Shown piece by piece: positions 9,704 through 20,989 of a stretch of DNA of 64,000 nt (position 1 is the first letter of the stretch; every line of letters begins with the position of its first letter). Position numbers and translations under genes: made by a program. The DNA comes from Dicyema japonicum. Lineage: Eukaryota; Animalia; Dicyemida. The notes beneath the pieces were generated by a model. The model was not told where the DNA came from, did no database searches, and saw nothing but the letters and a program-made list of their open reading frames with translations. The DNA lies in contig RDEW01000011.1 of NCBI GenBank assembly GCA_011109175.1, positions 1,236,209 to 1,300,208 on the forward strand. The letters are read 5' to 3'.

Positions 9704-12586
9704 ATGGATTTTATAAACTCCCACAAAACGTTGGAAAGTTTCATGAACCAGGTTTACAATAATAGTAAGAAAATAGGTATCCGATAGTGAAGATAACCCA
9801 TCTACCACGGGAATTGGTTATTTTATCATTAATGCAGAAACCACCGATAAATCTAACAAATATAAGGAAGATTTTTTAAGTTTTATTGACTTTATAATCA
9901 TAGGCGACTCCCAAGGCGATCCTCTTTCTGAGCTTCTTGCCAAAAATCGGTTCTACAAGGTTAGGTATTTACATTGAGTGTTAGAAAATTGAGGATGAAG
10001 CAGATGGAAACGTGGATTATAAAAAACTGAACAATCTACTTGATTTCACCGGTTCTGATAAACTGGGTCATACATCCTTTTGATTTGTAGCCAAAGAAAC
10101 ATCGGGGACCAGTTTAGGCCATTTAATAAACGACGGTACTTATTTGAAGGCTATTCTTAGTCGAATGGAACACATCTAAAGACATTGAAGGAATGGAGAC
10201 CACGGAACCCATGAAAAGGGACCACTCCCTAGAAGCCAATGTTAAGTGGGACTTTTTTGAGGACTCGAAACAAGGTTTTTATAGCTTAATTTAATAGTTC
10301 CTACGAAAAAAGTGGTCGAAACCAACGAGATCATTTCTGAGGACTTTTGGAGAAAACCACAAAGTGAGCCGATTTTGTTAGCAAAGTAATCAATCCTGAG
10401 ACAACTACATTTTCGGCTCTCCAGAAGGAATACAGAGGAGTACAAAGGCTCGAATATTCGAAGGAGATTTCAGAGGAGTTCAACAAACATCCCGATAAGG
10501 AAGAGGATCGGAACTTTGGGTTGAAACTCTTCAGGATAGAGGAAACTGAAAGTATCATTGAATTTAAATCAGAATCTCATCTCAGAGAAATGAAGGAAAT
10601 TATGGCAGATTTAGAAAACTTTGGGGGTACATTTGCTTATAATGCAAGAACACACAACTGTTGAGTGCTTTGGTGTCCCAAGACAACCCAACGTTGTGGT
10701 ATTTTGTGATTAATACTTTAACAGTTGGAGGAAATCAAGGAAGCTGACGTTAAAGAGATCTCGGGTATATTTTGTGAGTATATAGGCCCGATTTTGTCGA
10801 CTAAAGAGAAAATATCTCGATTGGTGAGATTGGGGGTTGATTTTAGTTCGAATCTCTCCTCGTGAACTGCAAAATTCAAAATTTTAAATCGATTGAGGAG
10901 GGACTCGAACTTTTAAGGCAAGAAATGATGACTCAGGTACTCAGGGAGTGTCAAATAGCAGGAAGACATCATCAAGGAGTATCAAAAAGACAATGTCATA
11001 CTAAGAGAGAGACTAAAAAATCAGCAGATCGAGCTTCAGGTTCAACAAAAGTCACAGGCCAGTCAGATTTCTCAGCTAAACAGGAACATAACTCAGTTCA
11101 AGTGAGAAATCTTAAATACGTGCAGAAATGAACTGGAAATGAGGCCACAGTCTTCACAGGAATGCGAGAACTGTGTGTCTCTGCAAGGGGAGAACGATAA
11201 ATTGAAGACCGATTTAACTGAAAGTAAGAAAATTACAGAAGAAGTGGAAAAAAGATGTTCAAAACTCCACCAGTCTCTGGAGGTGCTATAAAGGGAGAAT
11301 CAAAGCCTTAATGACTCGAATTTAACGAATTTGAGAGTATTTTTGGACATAAGTGTTAGATTAGCTCACAGGCTCAGCAATTGAAGACTGTTTTGGAGAA
11401 TTCGCTGAATCAGAACACAACCCTTACAAACGATCTCCAAAACAAACTCGAACAGAGAACCAAGCAGTTATCTTCTTCTCGTAGAAAGATGGTGGTCTCG
11501 GGAATCTTAAATCTAGGAAGCGGCAGAGACCACAATCGAGTCCCTGAGAAGACGAATCATTACGATGGAGAACGAAGTGAAGCCGAGATCAGAATCACAA
11601 ATTCCCAAAACCAGTCAGTCCGCAAAATTAGGAAACAACAAACAGGTCGATCATCTGAGGACCGTCGGGAGTAGATTTTGTGTTTATATCAAAAAAATGA
11701 AAGACGATTTTTCTAGCATTCAAACCTGTGTGGACTCGTTACGTTTGGAAATTAACCTGCTTGAGAAAAAAGGCATAAAATAGCATAAAATTAGCCATAA
11801 ATGGACAGGTCTGCAGGAATATGAAGGAAATACAGGCACAACTTAACTGGAGAGTGAAAAAAGTGACCCAGCTATTCCATCAGTGCGAATCAGCTGGTGG
11901 AGACAGGTTGAAATATAAGCTTAGTAGTTAGAAAAGACAATGTTTTGGAAGGTTCAGGGACGGAGGGATCATACCAGATCACCAAAGCTGTAGTTTATCG
12001 TGTTGATGGTTAGTTGGATGACATCAGAGGCACACAAGATAAAGTGCTGGAGAAACTGAGTACTCAAGTTGAGGAAATGAAAGTTACTAATGTGGTGGAA
12101 AGTCAGCAGGTTTCTGATTGCTTACAAATAGACAACGATTGATTTTCTCAATAAGAAACTGACAGAAAAGCAGCAAATTTGTGATCAGGTGGTAATTCTG
12201 AGACAGTCAGAAGTTAAACTCCTCAAAGAAATTGAAAAACTTGAGATGAGTCTTGCCAATGCTAGAAGAACACAAGAACCGGTTGCTCATATCACTCAGA
12301 CTAGGCGGCTCGAGAATTTGAGAGTCTGATGAACAGATTGGAAGAATTAGAGACAAAGTATAACCGAGCTGTGGCTGAATCTAACAAATTGACATCCGAT
12401 TTTCCATTGGTAGACGATGAATGGAAAGAACAGTCGTATTGGAGTGCCCTGATTGAGGAAAGGGACGAGAAAATAAATTATCTTAAAAACCACCTCTCAC
12501 AAATTTATGAAATTCTAAAATACATTTCTAGACAGGGCATTGACATTTCAATTCCCCAACAATTTTCTGATTACCTTAATCAATAA
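9704..12586 (+). CDS. Uncharacterised coiled-coil protein, about 20 tiny introns
   Basis: One continuous frame is obtained by removing successive 21-26 nt GT-AG introns (for example 11273-11293) and one probable GC-AG intron (11773-11794). The product is E/K/Q/L-rich and heptad-like. Last exon ends at TAA 12586, with AATAAA overlapping the stop. The start codon is uncertain. Confidence 0.75.
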
Positions 12587-13149
12587 AACATTTTGTTACT
12601 TCACACATCACATAGACGACACAATCTTGCACTCACTTGAGTCACAGCTAATATTAGGTATTTGCATAGGAATGACCAACCTAACTAATTAGGTGATCCT
12701 GGTTCTCTTTATCNATATTAGGTATTTGCATAGGAATAAAACCAACCGAACTAATTAGGTGATCCTGGTTCCCTTTATCCCTTTTTCAGTTTGTACCAAA
12801 TACTCCTGGAAGACTTGGTAGATAATCTTTTAGCGAAGATGTGAATGGAATGAAAATAAATTTTGACGTTGACACGAATACTTAAGTTCATGAAAACTAT
12901 TTGATCATACGGTCTGGGTATATCTGAACCACCGCGATCACCTAGGAGATGGATCTAATCTTACAAAAGATGATAAAATGTCGCGAGCCACAACAAATGT
13001 CAAAAACTCATTTTTATTAAAATTAACACGCAATGAGAGTTACCTTTAATAATCACGAGCCCAATTTGCGTTAATTTTTCCATACCTTACTTTTTGCGAA
13101 TAAAATCAAAAAATAGCCATCCTAATAATTTTTCTACGTTTGTTTAATG

Positions 13150-13960
13150 TCTTCTAAACGATTGTTCGTAAAAGATAATGAAGGATACAGCTTACTGAAA
13201 TGCATTTTCGAGGACAAGACGTGGATGCACCACCAGATAACAAGTATCGGCTTAAAAAAGACGGCTGAAAACTTCGTTTTGAAAGATTTCAAGTTCTATC
13301 TTGAGGATTCGACAGTATTAATAAGTCTGTAATTGTATCAACAAACACAAAAGAGATGCGGTAACAGATATACCTAAATGCTTTGGACGCATTGTGTCGT
13401 AACAGATCCTTGATAAGAGACTGCGAAATATGCCAGTTTGTATTGCCACTGAAACAATATACGATATGAGTCATTTGTTGCTGATGAACCAAATGAGAGA
13501 TGTCATATCTGACTGGCTTATAATGTATGAAATTATGTTAGATTTGAAAATAAGAATGATCATTTTACTTGGTTGCTGTCAGTCTACTATTAGATGGGAT
13601 GACAATCTTCCCTTTTGAAGCCGGTAAACCACTTGTCTGGGACGTTACCTGCACCGACAAGTTTGCTTCTTGCAACCTACTCCAGAGCGCCTCTGGAGCC
13701 TGTTCTGTCACTAAGAAGGCCGAGAAGTTGAAACGGGAAAAGTACGCGGTTTTATCCAATGATTTTTTGTTTGTTCCTCACGCCGTTGAGACGTCTGGTT
13801 CTATTGCGCCTGCGACGCTGGAATTCTTGAGTCGTCTAGGGAATCAGATCGCTAACGAACAGGAGACCCTCGTGAGCGCTGCTGGTTATTTGAACGAATC
13901 TCGTTCGCTATCCTGAGAGTGAATAGCCACGGAGTCAGAGCAGCCGTTTACTCTCTTTTC
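13150..13960 (+). mobile_element. CRE-like non-LTR retrotransposon 3' part (restriction-like endonuclease), degenerate
   Basis: ORF 13569-13916: GKPLVWDVTCTD...KAEKLKREKYAVLS..FVPHAVETSG, the CRE-type RLE pattern. Confidence 0.8.
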
Positions 13961-14224
13961 TTTCATTAAAACAATTTGATTAAAAGGTTTGTATTCAAAA
14001 AGATTATTTAACAAATCCTCTATTAAAAAATCGAACATATGGGGATCCAATTCGCAGATCGGTTCAATGACCCAACCACGGACTCAGAGCAGCCGTTCAC
14101 TCTCTTTTCTTTCATTAAAACAATTTGATTAAAATGTTTGTATTCAAAAAGATTATTTAACAAATCCTCTATTTAAAAATCGAACATATGGGGATCCAAT
14201 TCGCAGATCGGTTCAATGACCCAA

Positions 14225-14310
14225 ATAGTCACAAAGGATCCACGTGAGATGGATTGCTTTGAATCGTATATCGATAGGCATTGTCAGAGGAAACAGCATG
14301 TCCATTCAAG
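14225..14310 (+). mobile_element. Short CRE-like 3' terminal remnant
   Basis: Translates WIALNRISIGIVRGNS, matching the CRE terminal QRISIAIQRGN motif. Confidence 0.5.
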
Positions 14311-14399
14311 TTCCCTAATTAAGTGTTCTTTTAACTGTTCAATCAATAAGTGATTGTTAAATTAGTCACAATTATCTATAAATTGCCAACAGCTGATGA

Positions 14400-14750
14400 A
14401 CGTCTACAGACAGTATATCGAACCATGTTCTCATGTGCATCTGCCTCGTGGGGACCGTCAATATCTTAGACAAATTTGAGGAAGATCGATGAAATGCGAG
14501 AGGACTTTCAGAGTAACGGATTGTTGTATTTGTGGAGATCATCGAACTGAGCCAACGTTTCTAGAGACACTCATGAAACTAGATTTCAGAATGCGGGAAT
14601 TCGACCCTGTAAAATCAGTCTACCGTCCTGTACTATCATGCGCGGGACGAGGGAAGAACACCTGACAAAGATGAGGTTGATGTTAGAATGCATCGGGATC
14701 ACGTGATAATTAGCTTAATTTACCATGGTCTTGGGTTGTTAAATAAAGAA
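14400..14750 (+). mobile_element. Vingi-like LINE 3' fragment
   Basis: YIEPCS..WG motif, GGGATCACGTGA (GIT*) end and the conserved 3' UTR with ACCATGGT. Confidence 0.75.
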
Positions 14751-14849
14751 TGCTGATAGTGCTCTATTGAGAAAATTCATACTCGAATGGGGATCCCGAC
14801 ATAATCTGGGAGACGTCATAAAGAAATTAAAATAAAATTTATTTTGCAG

Positions 14850-15135
14850 ATGGACAAAATCTGGTGTGGATCGCTTGGTACATAAATAATTGGCTGCACC
14901 TGAGACAGGCTATGTTTCCAAGCAAGCTGAGGATCACAAAAAAGAAGCACCAAAACATTTTGGAAGACAGTTTGTTTGTCCCGTTCAATATGAAGACGTC
15001 AGGAATTCTTAGACCACAAACGGATGATCTATTCCATCGGATCAGTTCAAATATCCAAAGGATCAACCAAAAACATGATATCTTCAAGAGCGTATCTCGA
15101 TATCGACCGTCAAAGGAAACCAGATGTGTTTGGAT
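14850..15135 (+). mobile_element. CRE-like RLE 3' remnant
   Basis: Frame reading AEDHKKEAPKHFGRQFVCPVQYEDV...YLQERISISTVKGN. Confidence 0.55.
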
Positions 15136-15899
15136 CATCGATTTTTATATATGCTATAAAATAATCATCGGTTTAGAAATTGATATTCTAGAAACTCGTA
15201 TCTTATCTACAGTTCTGACTTATCTTTACTGCCTACTATGGAATATAAGATAGTTCCCATAACCTCAGGTAGAGGTCCTGGTGTCCTTTGGTGTGTAACT
15301 GCTACTTCTGGACGCTCTCATATATCCCTCGGGAGCAGTAGAGATCCCAGGTCTGACAAAATCTTATCAAAAAGGATATTATCTTGGCCAATTTGAGTGA
15401 ATCGTTAATTAGAATTAGTTTATACTTAAAACTATCCAGAAACAATCTGGGAGAAGGAATAGTGTAGATCCCTTCCTAGGCTGGAGGAAGTCGTTTTAGT
15501 CAAACAAACTATTTACACGAGCATTGACGTAATCGTAATGAATCCGTGTAGTTCTCTGATTGAATTTAGTTTATTGAGTTTGTAAGGAGATATCGCAAAT
15601 CTCCACGGGGGAAAGGCATATTCAATTGTTGGAACGATAACCTGGATATACAGGAGGGAAGTGGCGCTTCAATATATTAAGTTTCCGAAGTCTTTTGGTC
15701 AAGACTTCTTCAATGTAATGAGAGAATGTCATTAAAAAGTCATCAGTAACCCCGAGAATCTTTCATTTCTTGGATATCGGAATAGGGATGTCCCCAATGT
15801 ACATTCGGAGTTCCAATCCAAAGTAAATATCTTCAATGTGCTTTTTGCTGCCGACACAGTAAGAAAATAAATAGCGAGACAATGTTTTATTAGTAACCT

Positions 15900-16560
15900 C
15901 AGGGACATGATGAGAAAAGAGATATATTGGACTCCCGACGACAGTAGAATGGACTACTGTAAGGAGGAAGAGGAAGTCTGTGAATCACACAAAACCGCTA
16001 AACGTGAAAGATTCGGGTCCTTAACAGAAAATTGCCTTAGCCCGAATACTTTAAGAAAGCACGTGCCAAGGAGGGATAACATGAATCAGGTAAATGTGGG
16101 ACTTAAGGTTAGAGGACCCGAAGCTAGGTGTAGTAAAGCTTCTCTGCGCCATCTGACAAAGGAAGTGATGTTAAGCGTAGAGAATCCCAGTTGTTGCTGG
16201 GGTACCTGCCCGTCAGTGCATGTAGGATGTTATCTCTTCAGAGAGACGCAGAATGTGCAGCTTTCGGGGGCTCAATTGCTGCTTTCCAGGCAATAGCCAT
16301 AGAAGAGGTCCTGGCTGCTATTCGCAAGTCTAAGAACAACGCGCCAGGCCAAGATACTATGGCCCTTTTCAAATACCCGGGGTGTGCAAAGATTGGATGG
16401 GATAATGGTTTTTCAGCTGAGCCGTGATGCCTGAGCCAAAGTGTTCAACGTCATGGTATTGCCTATGCTCACCTACGGTGCGACCTCGTGGTATCACGTG
16501 AGAAACGGTAAAAGTGCCTCGACTATCTGAAGAAGGTCCGGCAACGTGCAAATCGCAGCC
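15900..16560 (+). mobile_element. Degenerate LINE remnant with internal deletion
   Basis: IEEVLAAIRKSKNNAPGQD (RT N-terminal) lies next to FNVMVLPMLTYGATSW (post-RT). Confidence 0.55.
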
Positions 16561-16868
16561 AAAAGCGGCAAAAAGGACAATAAGTCGTCTTTTCTAACTA
16601 TTATTTTTTTGCCTAAAAAGAGTTAAATGCTAAAAATGGTAAAAAATACGTCAATATTCAGAGACTTAGGCTGAGGAATAGTAGTGTTTCTCTCCAAACT
16701 GGAACCAAATGGATTTGATTCGGCACTTATTACACTGCCCCATACGTAGGATATTTATTGATTATTATATTTTCTAGTTAATATAGGAAATGAATTTTAC
16801 TAAAATAATAATAAATATTTATTATTAATAAATAAATTTAAAACCAATAAATAAAAGAAATTGGGTCA

Positions 16869-17492
16869 ATGGCGTGTCGTTGCTGCTTCAAGTTGTTGGT
16901 TTTATTAGTTTTTTTGTTGTCAGCAGCTTATTACTACGGACAGAACAGAACCTACCTCTTTGATGATGCTGCCCTCAGGGTCATATCTCAGATCCCCTCC
17001 AGTACATCATGTCCCAAAGTGGCTCAATTTATTCGTGGCAAGTTTACTGACAGAGTGATGCCGAGGACCCCTAAGTGGAGTGCTGTTAATTTTCGTGGTT
17101 TCACCGGTTTTATCTGTCCGGTTTATGTTTCCGCTTTTGAGAGTGTTAACCTCCTCTATGCTCCATTTGGTTATTCTGCGTACTGGGGACCTTCTCTGGT
17201 AAATATCTCAAATCTGATCCTTTCTGGTGAAGTTTCTGTGGATGTGTCGCGAACTAAAGCTAACTACGGTCCCGGCGATTTTATACCCTCCGATGTACCC
17301 GGGTTTGTGAGTATGCAAAATGAGACATACATTCTCCGTCATACACGTGGACTGTTTATGTTTTATATGAGAGAATTGGCTTGGCAGACGTATTTGCCAT
17401 ACCTTGACTTCTGTGGGTGCTTAAGGATGTGTTACGAACAGATATCCGGGATTGTGTACACCAATTTTCAGTTTGAACTTCCTCAGATTTGA
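16869..17492 (+). CDS. SIGMAR1: Divergent sigma-1 receptor / ERG2 family protein, intronless
   Basis: N-terminal TM helix. Pattern W..VN..G..G..C....S..E..L...G....G....IS..I.SG....T...Y.PG...N.TY.....RG.......T....DF is co-linear with recalled human SIGMAR1. 207-aa open frame. Confidence 0.75.
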   Translation: MACRCCFKLLVLLVFLLSAAYYYGQNRTYLFDDAALRVISQIPSSTSCPKVAQFIRGKFTDRVMPRTPKWSAVNFRGFTGFICPVYVSAFESVNLLYAPFGYSAYWGPSLVNISNLILSGEVSVDVSRTKANYGPGDFIPSDVPGFVSMQNETYILRHTRGLFMFYMRELAWQTYLPYLDFCGCLRMCYEQISGIVYTNFQFELPQI

Positions 17493-18087
17493 CTTTGTCT
17501 ATTTTGGTTTTTTGGTTAAGGGTGTTTTGACTTATTTGTTTATTTTGGTTGTTAGACTGTTGTTCACGTGGGTGGAACCTTAAAGGAATTGGTGGGTGGA
17601 GGTTCCCAGGCTAATAAAGTGTCTCAAACATATCGGGCCGCGAGTCAAGGTTGCATTAACGGATTCTATCAACACATGTTCTCCCAAATATTTGGAAAGA
17701 TTCCTTGATCACACTTATTCTGTAAACTGGAATTCAAAATGCTGACCCTGATTCGTACCATCCGGTCTCCCTTACAAGCACGATGTCCAAAGTCTGGAAA
17801 AACTTTTATAAAGATTATTTTCCCGGGTCTTCTGTTACCTTCCTCCCAACATGGCTTCAAATCGGGTCTAATAAAGAAGGGAAACTCAGTCACTGGATTC
17901 CCTAAGTAGCTATCTCAACTTTTCCCTGTGTCCGTGATCTGATGCACTTCCTGCATTAGAATTACATGTAAAAGTTTTGGACATGACATTCGAGAGTCTC
18001 CCTTCTCACATGAGTCTCGGATGGATTTAGTCTCAACAGCAAAGTGGAAAACTTGTCCTTGTAGCTTGAAAGTCATTGATCCTATTT

Positions 18088-20122
18088 TGTCGCGTCCCGC
18101 CCGGGATACCTATCCAGTGCTGGTACATTTCACCTGTCAATCGACATGTCACCTGTCATTCAATCAATATTAATTGGTTTCTAATCAAATAATTTATGTT
18201 CAATTCTCCTGATCCTGCCTTAATTTGTGATAAAAAAATTAAATAAACCTCTATTCGGTTGTTTGACAAAATTTGAGTAATTTTACTTGGCTCTTCATAT
18301 GGAGATTCAAATCTGCTCAACTTTAGCAATGGTTTAGTCCCATAGTTTTTTAAAACTCATATCTAAATTTATTTACTAAAAATACCTCATTTCCAATAGA
18401 AAAATCAAATTTTGATTGATGAACGTTTATTCTTTTGTTCATTCGTTTAAAATAGGATGAATTTAGATTTGCTGGAGAAAAATTAAAATCAAAATGATCT
18501 GAATCTAAGTTTTCTAACAGACTTTATACAATAAATACCTGAAACAACTGAAATATGTTCCACGTCAATATCCTCAGATGATCCTGGAAAAGCATCATCC
18601 GAACTCTCATTTTCTATAAAATTAAAAATAATAAACTTTTATACTCACGAATGACTGTGTTTATTCCCGAAACCCCTCTCAGTTTTATAAATGGAGTTTA
18701 TAAATGGACTCCGCAATAGTTCGCATTTCAGACTCGTTATCTATGCAAACAAATAGTCTGTGTTTTTCAAATTTTTCGTCTTTGAGGTATAATCGACCAT
18801 CAATGACAATAAATTTCTTGGATTTTTTCATTAATTTGTATTTCGCTTGTCTTGAAGATGTCTGTACATGATCACCATTTAGAATGCTCACTATGGATTG
18901 ATATCCTACAATATTTTTGACAAAGCCTATTATCAAATAAAGATAAACATTTTATAGAGCACATGTTGAATATTTATAAAAACCGAAAACACTTTATTCA
19001 ACGAGAATTAGGAGTTAGTTTAAAAGATGTTTAAACGTGTCCGCCTATGCGGCCTGGACACTTCCGATGCATCCCATCTCCAATTTAATCTCGTCCTAGT
19101 GCTGGAGCCCATGAATCCTCTAAAACGCCCTTATATCCAGAACGTGGTTGGTACAAAGCTAGTAAGCCCATCTCCAGTTAGTTCTTCCCTAGTAGGTCCT
19201 TTCGTCAGTATGTTTCTTTTACAGTAGTCCCAAGCCGCCTTGTAGGGACCAATGATGTGGTTAACAAAGTCTTGCGTAGAACCCAATTCGAATGTAGGGA
19301 ACAATTGGTGTGGGTACCCCCCAGTAGGACCCAACTCCAGTATGTACTTCTACGTTAGTCCCAGGTCCTGTAGGGATCAATGGAGGCTGATAAAGTCCCT
19401 TGTAGACACGGATTCGAATGTAGGGATCAATTAGTGTGGGTACCAGGTCTAACTTGGAAAATATCCAGAGATTTTGACTTTTTGTCTACTGCGCCTTGCA
19501 GTAGGTTCCTTCGTGATTGTGATTATGTCCTTTCGACTTGTGATATGTTTTCCACCTCGTATTAGGTTTCCTCATCTTGTGATGGGTTCCTTCGTTTATA
19601 ATATGTTTATTCTTTAGGAGATTCCCTCGGAGTGAATAGGTTCCTTCGTATCGTAATATGGCCCTTGTAATGTGTATCTTTGTCTTGAAACTCTTTTGAC
19701 TTTAGCTTGTAATGGGTTCCTTCGTTCATAATATGTTTATTCTTTAGGAGATTCCCCCGGAGTGAATAGGTTTTTTCGTCTTGTAATGTGGCCCTTGTAA
19801 TGTGTATCTTCACCTTGAAACTCTTTTGACTTGAGGACACGTAAATAGCACTAATGGTACCAATGTCTGTCTTGTAATGTGGCCCTTGTAATGTGTATCT
19901 TCGTATCGTCTTGTAATGTGGCCCTTGTAATGTGTATCTTCACCTTGAAACTCTTTTGACTTGAGGACACGTAAGTAGCACCAATGGAAAAAAATCGATT
20001 TTTATACGGCCAAAGATATTATATATGTCCGACACGATTAAAAATGATCAAAGCCACATTATGTAGGACAAGTGGCTTGACAGTGATTGACAAGTGACAT
20101 ATATCCAGCATGGAACGCGACA
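18088..20122 (-). mobile_element. Ginger-like TIR element with integrase N- and C-terminal remnants and internal tandem repeats
   Basis: Ends TGTCGCGTCCC... and ...GGAACGCGACA, with further shared blocks TGCTGG and TCAC(C/T)TGTCAATC. Flanks are TATTT and TGTTT (4 of 5 match). Minus-strand remnants KFIVIDGRLYLKD..., FDFSIGNEVFL and ESPYEEPSKITQILSNNRIEV (GPY/F-like). No DDE core seen. Confidence 0.65.
19500..19990 (+). repeat. Complex tandem repeat inside the Ginger-like element
   Basis: Repeated GGCCCTTGTAATGTGTATCTT, GGTTCCTTCGT, TTGAAACTCTTTTGACTT and ATATGTTTATTCTTTAGGAGATTCCC units in higher-order blocks. Confidence 0.85.
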
Positions 20123-20149
20123 TGTTTAGATTTGTTTAGACAGGTTTGT

Positions 20150-20870
20150 ACCCATGCAGCCGATTGTATTATAAAGTGAGCTTAACGTTAATTAGAAACA
20201 ACCTTTTTAATGTCCTATGAGAGTTTTATAAAGTTTAGTTTTTGTTGGGACAAGGAAATGACATTGTCAACATGTTTATTGATTACCATGAGGGGTTTGT
20301 TTGTGATACCCAATAAGTTGACAGAGTACATGGATTAAATCTCCATTAAAGACGATGCAGAGTTGGTCTTCTATTTGAACTAAATATCATTATGGATGAC
20401 TTTTCTGGGCTTGTCTATAATAAATTCTTCTTAGACCAAGTAATCTAATGAATCTTGTAAGCAGGCAGTGACCACACAGGTCTTTTGATGCGATTATTAT
20501 ATCATCAAAATATAAGAGAACCAATGTATCATCACTAGAGAGGATCCTGTGGGACTTTGTTTAGCAGAAACTTAGTGATAGGTTTCGTGAGACTATTTCA
20601 GCCATTCTCCTGCTTTTTTAGTTTTGTTTTTGATCTTTTNTGTAAGCAGGCAGTGACCACACAGGTCTTTTGATGCGATTATTATATCATCAAAATATAA
20701 GAGAACCAATGTATCATCACTGAGGCATATTTTTCAAAAAGAGGTTGAACAAAATGAGTGATAGAGAGGATCCCTGTGGGACTTTGGCAGAAACTTAGTG
20801 ATAGGTTTCGTGAGACTATTTCAGACATTCACCTGCTTTTTTAGTTTTGTTTTTGATCTTTTTCAGGGCT
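20150..20870 (-). mobile_element. Degenerate Vingi-like RT fragment
   Basis: Reverse strand SSDDTLVLLYFDDIIIASKD aligns at nucleotide level with 2510-2575 (TSDDTLVLTYADDIIVAVKD). Confidence 0.7.
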
Positions 20871-20989
20871 TTAATCCTCTCCTTGATTTCTCGAGATTGA
20901 TTTTGAAGACTTTTTAGATAATGTTTTCTCTGGTTATGATGATCATGCAAGAAACACACATATTAAAAAAAGTTAAGAAAAATAATTTT

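Noticed and set aside
11289-11291. In-frame TAA in the coiled-coil gene suggesting stop-codon reassignment (LEVL*RENQ)
   Set aside because: A canonical 21-nt GT-AG intron (11273-11293) removes it in frame, and TAA is a normal terminator in other genes here.
11671-11694. Intron-like GTAGATTTTGTGTTTATATCAAAA without AG
   Set aside because: The frame is open through it and no homologue constrains the protein, so there is no evidence that it is spliced.
19500-19990. CRISPR-like array
   Set aside because: Eukaryotic context, irregular unit lengths, spacers that are themselves repeated, and no cas genes.
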